Source: Candidatus Saccharimonadota bacterium
GTDB taxonomy: Bacteria; Patescibacteriota; Gracilibacteria; Absconditabacterales; Absconditicoccaceae
Length of the DNA: 32,000 bases
Assembly: GCA_965231145.1 (NCBI GenBank)
Contig: OZ246420.1
Location: forward strand, 930,001 to 962,000
Direction: 5' to 3'
The notes below the pieces were generated by a model. That model was given only the letters and a program-made list of their open reading frames with translations, had not been told where the DNA came from and ran no database searches. The position numbers and the translations under genes were made by a program. This document shows positions 22,406 through 29,428 of this stretch, piece by piece; positions within the stretch are counted from its first letter, which is position 1; each line of letters starts with the position of its first letter.

Positions 22406-22738
22406 TTATGCATTCATATCATCACCATGTGAGTGACCATGATCATCAAATCTTCTTTCACCAAATGGCTTTCTTTCTCTTTCTTCGGCCATAGAAACGC
22501 TGATAAGTCTTTCTGAAGGAGCAATAGTCTTTTCATTTGACTCAGCAATTGCTTTCTGCGCATCTTCTTCAGTGACATATTCTACGAAACCGAAGCCTCT
22601 CTTTCTCCCGAACTTATCCAAAGGAAGTTTAACTGAGGCAACCTCACCAAATTGGGAAAAATATTGATGTACTTGTTCTTCGTTAAGATTCCAGTCGAGG
22701 TTTCTTACGAACAGTTTTTTTGTCTCAAGTTGTGTCAT
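22406..22738 (-). CDS. RRM-type (RNP-1/RNP-2) RNA-binding protein, 110 aa
   Basis: RNP-2 is KLFVRNL and RNP-1 is RGFGFVEY, at canonical spacing. The C-terminal tail is acidic and His-rich. No in-frame TGA. Stop is TAA 22406-22408. Confidence 0.85.
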   Translation of the reverse strand: MTQLETKKLFVRNLDWNLNEEQVHQYFSQFGEVASVKLPLDKFGRKRGFGFVEYVTEEDAQKAIAESNEKTIAPSERLISVSMAEERERKPFGERRFDDHGHSHGDDMNA

Positions 22739-22887
22739 AGTCGTAGTGATAATAACGTTTAAAGACGCCTTATCAAAAAGGCACCGCCAATATAGGGATG
22801 ACCCTACTATTTACAAGTGGAAATAGCACAGCTTGCAACACGATTATCTTTTGAAAATATTTTTTCATTTTTTTATTATTTTTTTCC

Positions 22888-23024
22888 AAAAAAAAATAGG
22901 CGCTTGCGATCAAGCACCATAGCGTTCCCGTCAAACACACATTCGGATATGAGTAGATAAAAGGCTTGGGAACAGTCGCCTATTTCTACAAAACCAACTC
23001 TACTCTTTAAAAAATTTTTTGCAA
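22888..23024 (-). ncRNA. Candidate small structured RNA or attenuator upstream of the RRM gene (promoter, about 100-nt structured body, U9 tail)
   Basis: Minus strand: TTGCAA (23024-23019), 16 nt, TAGAGT (23002-22997). The body follows as AAATAGGCG-ACT-GTTCCC...GGGAAC...GCTTGatcgCAAGC-GCCTATTT with T9. Long-range pairs are 22894-22902 with 22977-22985 and 22924-22929 with 22968-22973. The body is GC-richer than the flanking poly-A/T sequence. Confidence 0.3.
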
Positions 23025-23031
23025 AAGATAT

Positions 23032-23060
23032 AAAAAAAACGATCCGGGGTTACCGGATCG
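23032..23060 (-). terminator. Intrinsic terminator of the membrane-protein gene
   Basis: The minus strand reads CGATCCGG-taacc-CCGGATCG (8-bp stem, 23040-23047 with 23053-23060) followed by T8 (the + strand A-run 23032-23039). Confidence 0.75.
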
Positions 23061-23085
23061 CTTAGTAAAATAATGTATACGATAT

Positions 23086-23658
23086 TTATACCAACTTTGG
23101 CGTCATACGGTGGAGCCAATAGTTATACCCTAACGATAGCGCCAAAATGCGTCCAACGGGCGTCGGATAAGCATGTTCCATCGCAAATACGAACACCATG
23201 AGTTCTTGCTCATGTGTACTGTTCTCGTACTTTTTGAGAAATGACTCATCCTTATCAACTGTATTTTTGAAAAGCGCCGCATCTTCGATGCCTGTAAGGA
23301 TTATTTTACGGCGACCGATATTTGACTTTTCCTCCTCTACCTTCTGGGCATAATTCTGCCAGGCGATGATAGATGCTTTCATGTATGAAGTATTTCTAAG
23401 CACTCTTACCCCTACGAAAAAGGCTAAATACAAAATGTATCCAACCAAGGCAGTAGCGCCAATAGCTGCGCTATATACCGCCAAGGGGCCATAAGTAGAG
23501 ATAAGAGGACTACTTATGAGCGCTGCCGCCAAAGATAAGCAGAATGAGAACATCGGCAAACTCCACATAAAGAGAGCTGACTTAAGACGACGTTCTACCG
23601 CTTTCCATGAGAATACATCATCTGCTATTAATTGTGTGCTTTGATTCATTGTTTTCAT
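23086..23658 (-). CDS. Hypothetical membrane protein, 190 aa
   Basis: Uninterrupted ORF with ATG 23656-23658 and TAA 23086-23088. Two hydrophobic helices (LPMFSFCLSLAAALISSPLI and AAIGATALVGYILYLAFFVGV) are followed by a soluble C-terminal half. No family recognised. Confidence 0.65.
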   Translation of the reverse strand: MKTMNQSTQLIADDVFSWKAVERRLKSALFMWSLPMFSFCLSLAAALISSPLISTYGPLAVYSAAIGATALVGYILYLAFFVGVRVLRNTSYMKASIIAWQNYAQKVEEEKSNIGRRKIILTGIEDAALFKNTVDKDESFLKKYENSTHEQELMVFVFAMEHAYPTPVGRILALSLGYNYWLHRMTPKLV

Positions 23659-23998
23659 AAACTTGTGTCTTTTGTTTTATGGTTATCGTTTTTTGTTAAC
23701 TCTGATATTTTACTGTTCAAAACGACTTTGTCAAGCACTCTTCTTGCTCTTGCAAACGAGCGCAAAATCGCTACATATGAGGCATGTACTACTACTTATG
23801 CAATAATAATACAAATAATAATTCGGCACTCTAAAGAGGTAGCAGATTTTGTATTGATTGCATGCAAGTCTTCTACCGGTCCGGTGGGAGATTTTTTTAT
23901 ACTAGTCGCTAGACATCAGACACAAGTCGCTAGAAAATTCTAGAGACTAGCGTCTAGTAGCTAAAGACTAAACCATTTATTCTGTAAGTTATGAGATA

Positions 23999-25285
23999 AT
24001 GTTAATCAAGCACATTACACAGGAATATGTTGATCAGGAAATCACCCTGCAAGGGTGGATTGCGCAGACGCGCTCGTCTGGTAAAGTAGTGTTTATCAAC
24101 CTTCGTGATGGTTCATGATTTATCCAATGTGTTGCCGAACCGCAATTTGTTGGTCAGGAAAAATTTGATGAGTTGGCGGGATTGAATATTGAATCTGCTG
24201 TAGAGCTCAAAGGTATTGTTTCAAAGCATCCGAAAAAAGATGAGTATGAACTCCAGATTCGTTCGTTCATCGTCTATCACTCAACGAAAGACTACCCTCT
24301 TGGACAGAAGGAACACAACCCAGATTTTCTTTTCGACGAAAGACATCTCTACCTCAGATCGAAGTCACAATGGGCAATTCAACGTATTCGTGATACGATC
24401 ATCCATGCAACATACGACTGGATGAGAGCACATGATTTTATTAAAATTGATGCGCCAATTTTCACACCAAGCGCATGTGAAGGAACGACTGAACTATACG
24501 AAGTGGAACATGTGAACGGAGAAAAGATGTATCTTTCTCAATCGGGGCAACTCTATATTGAAGCAGCTATCGCTGCACACGCACGCGTGTTCGATTTTGG
24601 TCCTGTGTTCCGCGCAGAGAAAAGCAAAACAAGAAGACACTTGAATGAGTTCTGGATGATGGATGCTGAGATGGCATTTTGTGGACAAGATCAGAACATG
24701 GTCTATCAGGAAGAACTCATCTACTATATCATCCAGGAAGTGCTTGCAAAACATAGAGCAGAACTCGCAATTCTCGAGAGAGACACGAAGCCACTCGAAG
24801 CTATCAAGCTTCCATTTGTGAGAATGACTCACGATGAGTGGATCGACGATCTTATAGCAAAAGGATTTGATGCGAAGCATGGTGAAGACATCGGAAGCGA
24901 TATCGAGATGCAGTACATGGAAAAAGTTGATCAACCAATTTTCGTGACACACTTCCCTATCGGCATCAAAGCATTTTACACAAAAGAAGATCCAAACAAA
25001 CCAGGCTACGGTCTGTGTGCCGACCTCCTCGCTCCTGAAGGATGCGGTGAAGTCATCGGAGGTGCTCAGCGTGTGGATGACTATGAGACACTTCTTGCAA
25101 AGATAAAAGAGCACGGACTTAAAGAAGAAGACTTCAACTGGTATCTCGACCTCAGAAAATACGGTTCAGTTCCCCACGCAGGATTTGGTTACGGTCTCGA
25201 AAGACTCGTGAGATGGATGTGTGGATTGCATCACATACGTGAAACTATTCCGTTCCCAAGATATGCGAATAGAATTAGACCGTAA
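23999..25285 (+). CDS. asnS: Asparaginyl-tRNA synthetase (428 aa under table 25)
   Basis: ATG 23999 is in frame with track ORF 24173-25285 (offset 174) through a single TGA at 24116-24118, inside [16 protein letters not shown] (family consensus RDG(S/T)GF(I/L)Q). Class II motifs: [24 protein letters not shown] (motif 2) and [12 protein letters not shown] (motif 3). The N-terminal part is an OB anticodon-binding domain. Confidence 0.92.
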
Positions 25286-25312
25286 TAGAAAATAATAGAT
25301 AAGAAATAAGAG

Positions 25313-25347
25313 ACTATAGGTAATTAATATTATCTATAGTTTTTTTG
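25313..25347 (+). terminator. Intrinsic terminator of asnS
   Basis: ACTATAG (25313-25319), a 14-nt AT loop, CTATAGT (25334-25340), then T7-8. Confidence 0.6.
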
Positions 25348-25423
25348 TATCTCATTTTGAGATCTATGAAAAAACTTATATGCTGGGCAAAATTTTTACT
25401 TGCTCTACAAAAACTTATGCAAC

Positions 25424-25514
25424 CAATCCCCCTTCCTCCACACTTCGGTGGAGTTCATCCCCCTTTGGAAATGAAAAAGGGGGAAGCCCCGCAGAAGTGC
25501 GGGGAGAGGGATTG
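25424..25514 (+). other. GC-rich 91-nt four-way-junction (cloverleaf-like) element at the 5' side of the DUF559 gene
   Basis: Closing stem CAATCCC (25424-30) pairs with GGGATTG (25508-14). Three hairpins follow: CTCCAC-acttcg-GTGGAG (25436-53), TCCCCCTTT-9nt-AAAGGGGGA (25458-84) and CCCCGCA-gaag-TGCGGGG (25487-504). That is 29 bp in 91 nt within AT-rich surroundings. Under table 25 it lies in the same open frame as the DUF559 ORF. Confidence 0.35.
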
Positions 25515-25557
25515 AGCATATAGCAATGATGAGGCTCGTGTTGAGCCGAAATGTCGC

Positions 25558-25935
25558 ATGCTCTACGATAGAGACCTAGTAAACTATAGAGGTCTTACGC
25601 GAAAGTGATGACACATTCCTTACAGTAAAAGACTCAAGCAACGAGGCAGAGATATGAGAAACAACTTGACAAAGGCAGAATCCATTTTGCGAAAAAGATA
25701 TCTTAAACGACTAAAAGTTCCTGTCCTCAGACAAAAGCCGCTAGATCATTATATTGCAGATTTTTATATACCTTCGGCGAAACTAGTGATTGAAGTAGAT
25801 GGACTGATTCACTCTACGCAAAAAGCCATAGCATACGATAAGAAAAGAACAGAGTTACTTATGCAATATGGCATAAGAGTCATAAGATTTACCAATGAAC
25901 AAATATGTGACTGAAAGAAGTGAGTGAAATTATAA
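25558..25935 (+). CDS. DUF559 (Vsr-like endonuclease fold) domain protein, about 125 aa; start uncertain
   Basis: The track ORF 25654-25914 extends both ways under table 25. Upstream it passes TGA-TGA at 25606-25611, giving ...RKGGHIPYSKRLKQRGRDMRNNLTKAESIL, which matches the family N-terminal pattern IPYN.xLxxxARxLRxNxTxxE. Downstream it passes TGA 25912 and 25921 to TAA 25933-25935. The core reads RQKPLDHYIADFYIPSAKLVIEVDG...RFTNEQI. In-frame ATGs are at 25558 (preferred), 25417 and 25366. Confidence 0.7.
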
Positions 25936-26012
25936 GTTCTTATATTGAAACTCCTTGTGATTAAATAGCCGAATAAGTACAATACTTTCATTAGTAATGA
26001 CTAACATTTCTC

Positions 26013-26234
26013 ATGCCTCATCCACAACCGAATAATCCCCTTCACTGAGTGACTCTCAAAGAGATAGTCACTTTTCTGGTAGAAAAATATGGGTGGATGA
26101 AATTGGGAAATATGATACAGATAAATTGTTTCAGAAATGATCCGAGCATCCACTCCTCTCTTACATTTCTGAGGAAGCATGAGTGGGCAAGGACAGAGGT
26201 TGAAGAGCTGTATGTGAGAACCAAAGGTAAGTAG
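26013..26234 (+). CDS. DUF2132 (VF530-like) small protein, 73 aa
   Basis: ATG 26013 gives [67 protein letters not shown]. The TGA at 26046-26048 supplies the Gly of the family motif PLHGVTL. The track had started at the GTG just after it. Confidence 0.75.
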
Positions 26235-26264
26235 CTAGATCGCATGGCATAGATAAAGGTAACA

Positions 26265-26297
26265 ATATTCCCATAGAAATATGGGGATATTTTTTTA
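26265..26297 (+). terminator. Hairpin plus T-run after the DUF2132 gene
   Basis: ATATTCCCAT (26265-74), agaaat, ATGGGGATAT (26281-90) form a 10-bp stem including one G-U pair, followed by T8. It overlaps the ATG at 26281, which argues for the 26308 start of the next gene. It leaves almost no promoter space, so read-through or attenuation is possible. Confidence 0.45.
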
Positions 26298-26307
26298 TTA
26301 TGGTTTC

Positions 26308-26985
26308 ATGAAACTTCACCCTGCGACATTTGAATTTTTGAAAGCAATCAATGAGCACAACTCAAGAAAATTTTTTGCTTCCGCAAGAGGACTCTATGAT
26401 GAGATCTGGGAAAATGTGCAGGAAATAGCCGCAGCGCTGATAAGTAACATAGCCAAGTCAGATAGCGACTATGCTGATCTACAGCCAAAAGACTGTCTGT
26501 TTCGCATCTACCGCGATGCAAGAAGAATAAAAGATGGTGATCCGATCTATAAGAATAATTTCGGTATGGCTATCGGACCATGAGGAAAGAAAAGCACCCT
26601 ACCCTGATATTATCTACATATCCAGTCAGGCAATAAATCATTTTTCTGATGAGGTGTTTATTGGCCGACCAATGAGGAGTTATTCAACCTCAGAAACTAC
26701 ATCAAGACACACGGAAAAGAATACAAGAAACTCGTAAGCAATTCCGCTTTCAAAAAATATTTTGGCGAGGTCGAAGGAAAAAAGTCGATCAGAGTGCCGG
26801 CGTGATTTAAGGAACAGGATCCATTTTTGGAAATTATCATGAAGAAGCAGCATTTGTTTTTCACACATATTACCGACAAAGAGATGCTGCAATGTGACAT
26901 CGTAGAACTCTGCATGGAACGCGTCAAAGCATCGAAAGAGCTTATGGATTTTCTGATGAGAGGCTGCACGACCAAAGCAAAATAA
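26308..26985 (+). CDS. DUF2461 (TIGR02453) family protein, 225 aa under table 25
   Basis: MKLHPATFEFLKAINEHNSRKFF... then FRIYRDARRIKDGDPIYKNNFG. The frame continues through TGA at 26581, 26605, 26647, 26650 and 26803, giving GP-G-GKKSTLP-G-YYLHIQSGNKSFF-GG-GVYWP ... RVPA-G-F. These are the family's PGYY, GGG and P.GF glycines. Stop is TAA 26983-26985. Confidence 0.8.
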
Positions 26986-27048
26986 ATGATTGCTATCAGA
27001 GCTCTTTCAGGTATACATATGGTGCTTTAGTTTTTATGCATAAGAACG

Positions 27049-27468
27049 ATGAAAATAGGACCTTACTTACACTTTCACGGGAAGGCAGAAGAAGCGATGA
27101 ATTTTTATAAAGATATTTTCAATGCGCAAATCGTTGGTGAGATCAATAGATATGGAAATGCGCCTGCTGAATATGCAAAAGATGAATCTATGAAAAATTG
27201 GATCATGCATGCATTCATCAAGTGGGAAAACAATGAAATAATGTTTGCTGACTCTCCGGAATCAGATATGAAATTTGGAACAAACAACTATATCTCTGTG
27301 ACGTGTGATAGTGAAGAACAAGTAGATAGAGTCTATGCAAAGCTCAGTGAGAACGCTCAGCAGATTCAAATGGAACTTGCAGATACATTTTGGGGATCTA
27401 AGTTTGCAAGTCTTATCGACAAGTTTGGTGTCGCATGGTATCTTGGATGGGACAGACCACAAACGTAG
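27049..27468 (+). CDS. VOC-superfamily PhnB-like protein (glyoxalase/bleomycin-resistance fold), 139 aa
   Basis: MKIGPYLHFHGKAEEAMNFYKDIF ... IMHAFIKWENNEIMFADS ... FWGSKFASLIDKFGVAWYLG fits the PhnB/3-demethylubiquinone-methyltransferase-like domain pattern. No TGA. Stop is TAG 27466-27468. Confidence 0.7.
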   Translation: MKIGPYLHFHGKAEEAMNFYKDIFNAQIVGEINRYGNAPAEYAKDESMKNWIMHAFIKWENNEIMFADSPESDMKFGTNNYISVTCDSEEQVDRVYAKLSENAQQIQMELADTFWGSKFASLIDKFGVAWYLGWDRPQT

Positions 27469-27539
27469 CACGCCATAGCAAATAAAAAATAAGAGATAAC
27501 AAATTAAAAATATATTTTAGTGGTTAGTAAACATACCAT

Positions 27540-27830
27540 ATGAAGCAAAGCGTATTAGAGTTTCTGAATACCATTCCTCGCGGAAAAGTGACGACATATA
27601 AGGCACTTGCGGAGAAATTTAAGACTCATCCGAGAGCTATAGCAACGTATATGAGAACGAACAAGGAAATAGACACCTATGCGTGCTACAAGGTAGTAGG
27701 AACTGATGGATGACTACGCGGGTATGTTGCTGGAGTTGATAATAAGACAAAAAGACTGGAAAATGACGGTGTAAAAATACATAATGGCGTGGTCGATAAA
27801 GAATATATTATTACTCATTGGCCAGCGTAA
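27540..27830 (+). CDS. MGMT-family (alkyltransferase DNA-binding domain) protein with non-canonical active-site motif, 96 aa
   Basis: This gene is absent from the track because of the TGA at 27711. ATG 27540 gives MKQSVLEFLNTIPRGKVTTYKALAEKFKTHPRAIATYMRTNKEIDTYACYKVVGTDG-G-LRGYVAGVDNKTKRLENDGV... ending at TAA 27828-27830. The IP.GKV.TY, RA(V/I) and G.L.GY..G...K..LL..EG patterns are present. PCHR is replaced by ACYK. Confidence 0.7.
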
Positions 27831-27959
27831 AACTAAAAACTCAAATCTCAAAACAGCTTTTGGTTTTCAGGTAGTGAGCTCAATAAAAAGCACCTTATTA
27901 TATTTAAAATTTAGCATTCAAAATTTAAAATTATTTTTAGTTAGTAAGCATAACAAGCA

Positions 27960-28460
27960 ATGTACGGAAAAGATCATCTTATCAAAGCTATCGAAAACGA
28001 ATTTAACATCCTCAAGCATCTTGGTAACAAAGTAGAAGAACAGTATCTCGGGCATAAGTTTACCGAGAAGCAAAGAACTATTCATGAGCTTATGGCTTAC
28101 CTTGCATTCTCTATTGAAAAGCAGGTGCAGATTATTGTTATCGGACACTGGGAGCCAAGCATCTTTGATAATATGGATGCGCTGACAAAGACATTTGACT
28201 ACAGAAAATGGGATGATCTTCTCGATACAGAAAACGAGCATATTGCAAAAATGATTCGTAGTCTCGACGACGAAGCCATGCAAAAAGAGATCTCAGTCTT
28301 CGGCAAGACAGGACCAAGAAGCATGTTCCTCGTAGATTATCTTCTGACGTTCTTTGGAGCATATAAGATGCAGCTTTTCCTTCAGCTTAAGCACGCAGGA
28401 AGATCTGAGCTTGGTATGTATAACCTCTGGGCAGGCATGGATGCGCCTCAAACAAACTAA
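27960..28460 (+). CDS. Hypothetical protein, 166 aa (possibly a DinB-like helical bundle)
   Basis: Uninterrupted ORF with ATG 27960 and TAA 28458-28460. It is predicted helical with scattered His residues (ILKHLG, HELMAYL, IGHWEP). The family assignment is only a guess. Confidence 0.6.
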   Translation: MYGKDHLIKAIENEFNILKHLGNKVEEQYLGHKFTEKQRTIHELMAYLAFSIEKQVQIIVIGHWEPSIFDNMDALTKTFDYRKWDDLLDTENEHIAKMIRSLDDEAMQKEISVFGKTGPRSMFLVDYLLTFFGAYKMQLFLQLKHAGRSELGMYNLWAGMDAPQTN

Positions 28461-28506
28461 AAACTTAAACCTCAAAACTGAAAACCGCTTTAGGTCTTAA
28501 GTTATC

Positions 28507-28692
28507 ATGAGAAAAATAACTTTCTTTTTAGCGTTTTTGGTTTTTATCGTGCATGGTTCACATGCCTTTTTGGGCATTCAACCATCTATCGGTGCCCGAA
28601 ATATTCCCACTCGAATAAGTTGGCTTTTTACCTTCTTTAGCGGATGGGTTATGGGAAGGATTATCTATCATAACAAAAAAAAGAAGCAGTAA
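28507..28692 (+). CDS. Small membrane protein, 61 aa
   Basis: The N-terminal hydrophobic segment is ITFFLAFLVFIVHGSHA. A second segment is ISWLFTFFSGWVMGRII. The tail is Lys-rich (HNKKKKQ). The TAA lies in the terminator loop. Whether it is coding is unverified. Confidence 0.4.
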   Translation: MRKITFFLAFLVFIVHGSHAFLGIQPSIGARNIPTRISWLFTFFSGWVMGRIIYHNKKKKQ

Positions 28693-28707
28693 GATGCTTC
28701 TTTTTTT
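28674..28707. terminator. Bidirectional terminator between convergent genes
   Basis: An A-run, GAAGCA (28683-88), gtaaga, TGCTTC (28695-700), then T7. Confidence 0.6.
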
Positions 28708-29425
28708 ATCTTGGAACATATTGCTTGTCTCTTATAAGCGCTTCAAGAGCATCGAGAAATTTATTGTAGCTAATACGATGATCAAGAGCCTTTTTTGCCA
28801 TATTATTATATTCGACAAATGACTCCCACAAAAATGTTTCTTTTTTCTCATCCACACACGAAGACTCATTTCTAACGGCCAAATAGTTTTCTACTTGTCT
28901 TATCTCACGAACTATAGAAGAGCACGCACCAGCAAATGCAATTTTTTCCAGATCAGTGATAGAAAATGGAGCAACAAGATCTTTCGTCTCACAAACTACC
29001 GCAATCCACGGCTGAATTTGCACTTTTATATTCCAATATTTCTTTTGTATTTTTTCGTCGTTCTCTAGCTTACGCATAGTCGTTACGCGCCTTTTAGCTT
29101 TCTTCATTCCCTTTTCGTCTGCAACTATTGATTGTACATGCCGCAGGAAAGGCTCAGACAAGTTTATATATTCATCATATACCTGCTCATTATGTTCATA
29201 GATCATCTGGCCATCATCTCTGAACGCATGTAAAATCTGAGCTTGCGTATCTGCCACAATAAGTGCTTCATGCCCTGACCACTCTTTTCCATTCAATAGA
29301 AAAAATAGCTCATGTGCCACAAAATTGCCTATATCTGTTTTTACACGGTACAGTTCTGGCTGATTTTCATTGTTTTCGACACCATATATCGTAGCTACTT
29401 TACGAGCTAATCAAGTTGTTTTCAT
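28706..29425 (-). CDS. Hypothetical protein, 239 aa under table 25, tightly coupled to the upstream glycosylase gene
   Basis: The track ORF 28706-29320 starts at a GTG. The frame stays open upstream through one TGA (29411-29413) to ATG 29423-29425 (MKTT-G-LARKVATIYGVENNENQPELYRVKTDIGNFVAHELFF...). Only one codon separates this ATG from the TAA of the preceding gene. No family recognised. Confidence 0.55.
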
Positions 29426-29428
29426 CGT

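Noticed and set aside
23632-23943. A 103-aa + strand ORF in the asnS upstream region, and a 68-aa minus ORF at 30529-30735.
   Set aside because: Both overlap the 5' ends of better-supported genes on the opposite strand. Both run through AT-rich promoter sequence and have no recognisable motifs.
24494-25114. A 206-aa minus-strand ORF inside asnS.
   Set aside because: It is antisense to a high-confidence AsnRS gene with intact class II motifs. Its product is Cys/Phe/His-rich and low-complexity, so it is a shadow ORF.
25424-25514. A cloverleaf that might be a tRNA or tRNA-like gene.
   Set aside because: Stem lengths (7/6/9/7 bp) and loops do not fit a tRNA. There is no GTTCRANYC T-loop, no D-loop GG and no 7-nt anticodon loop. 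It is kept only as an unclassified structured element.
25366-25935. DUF559 with its GC-rich element as a mobile element, or the whole accessory stretch as a genomic island.
   Set aside because: I saw no transposase, integrase, terminal inverted repeats or target-site duplications in the window.
26281-26307. ATG 26281 as the start of the DUF2461 gene (MGIFFYYGF...).
   Set aside because: It lies inside the 3' arm of the hairpin plus T-run at 26265-26297. The family normally starts close to the F.FL..L..N motif, so ATG 26308 is preferred. This remains uncertain.
27784-28035. An 83-aa + strand ORF bridging the MGMT-like and 166-aa genes, and the minus ORF at 27918-28283.
   Set aside because: The first is out of frame with both supported genes and spans the intergenic promoter module. 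The second is antisense to the 166-aa ORF.
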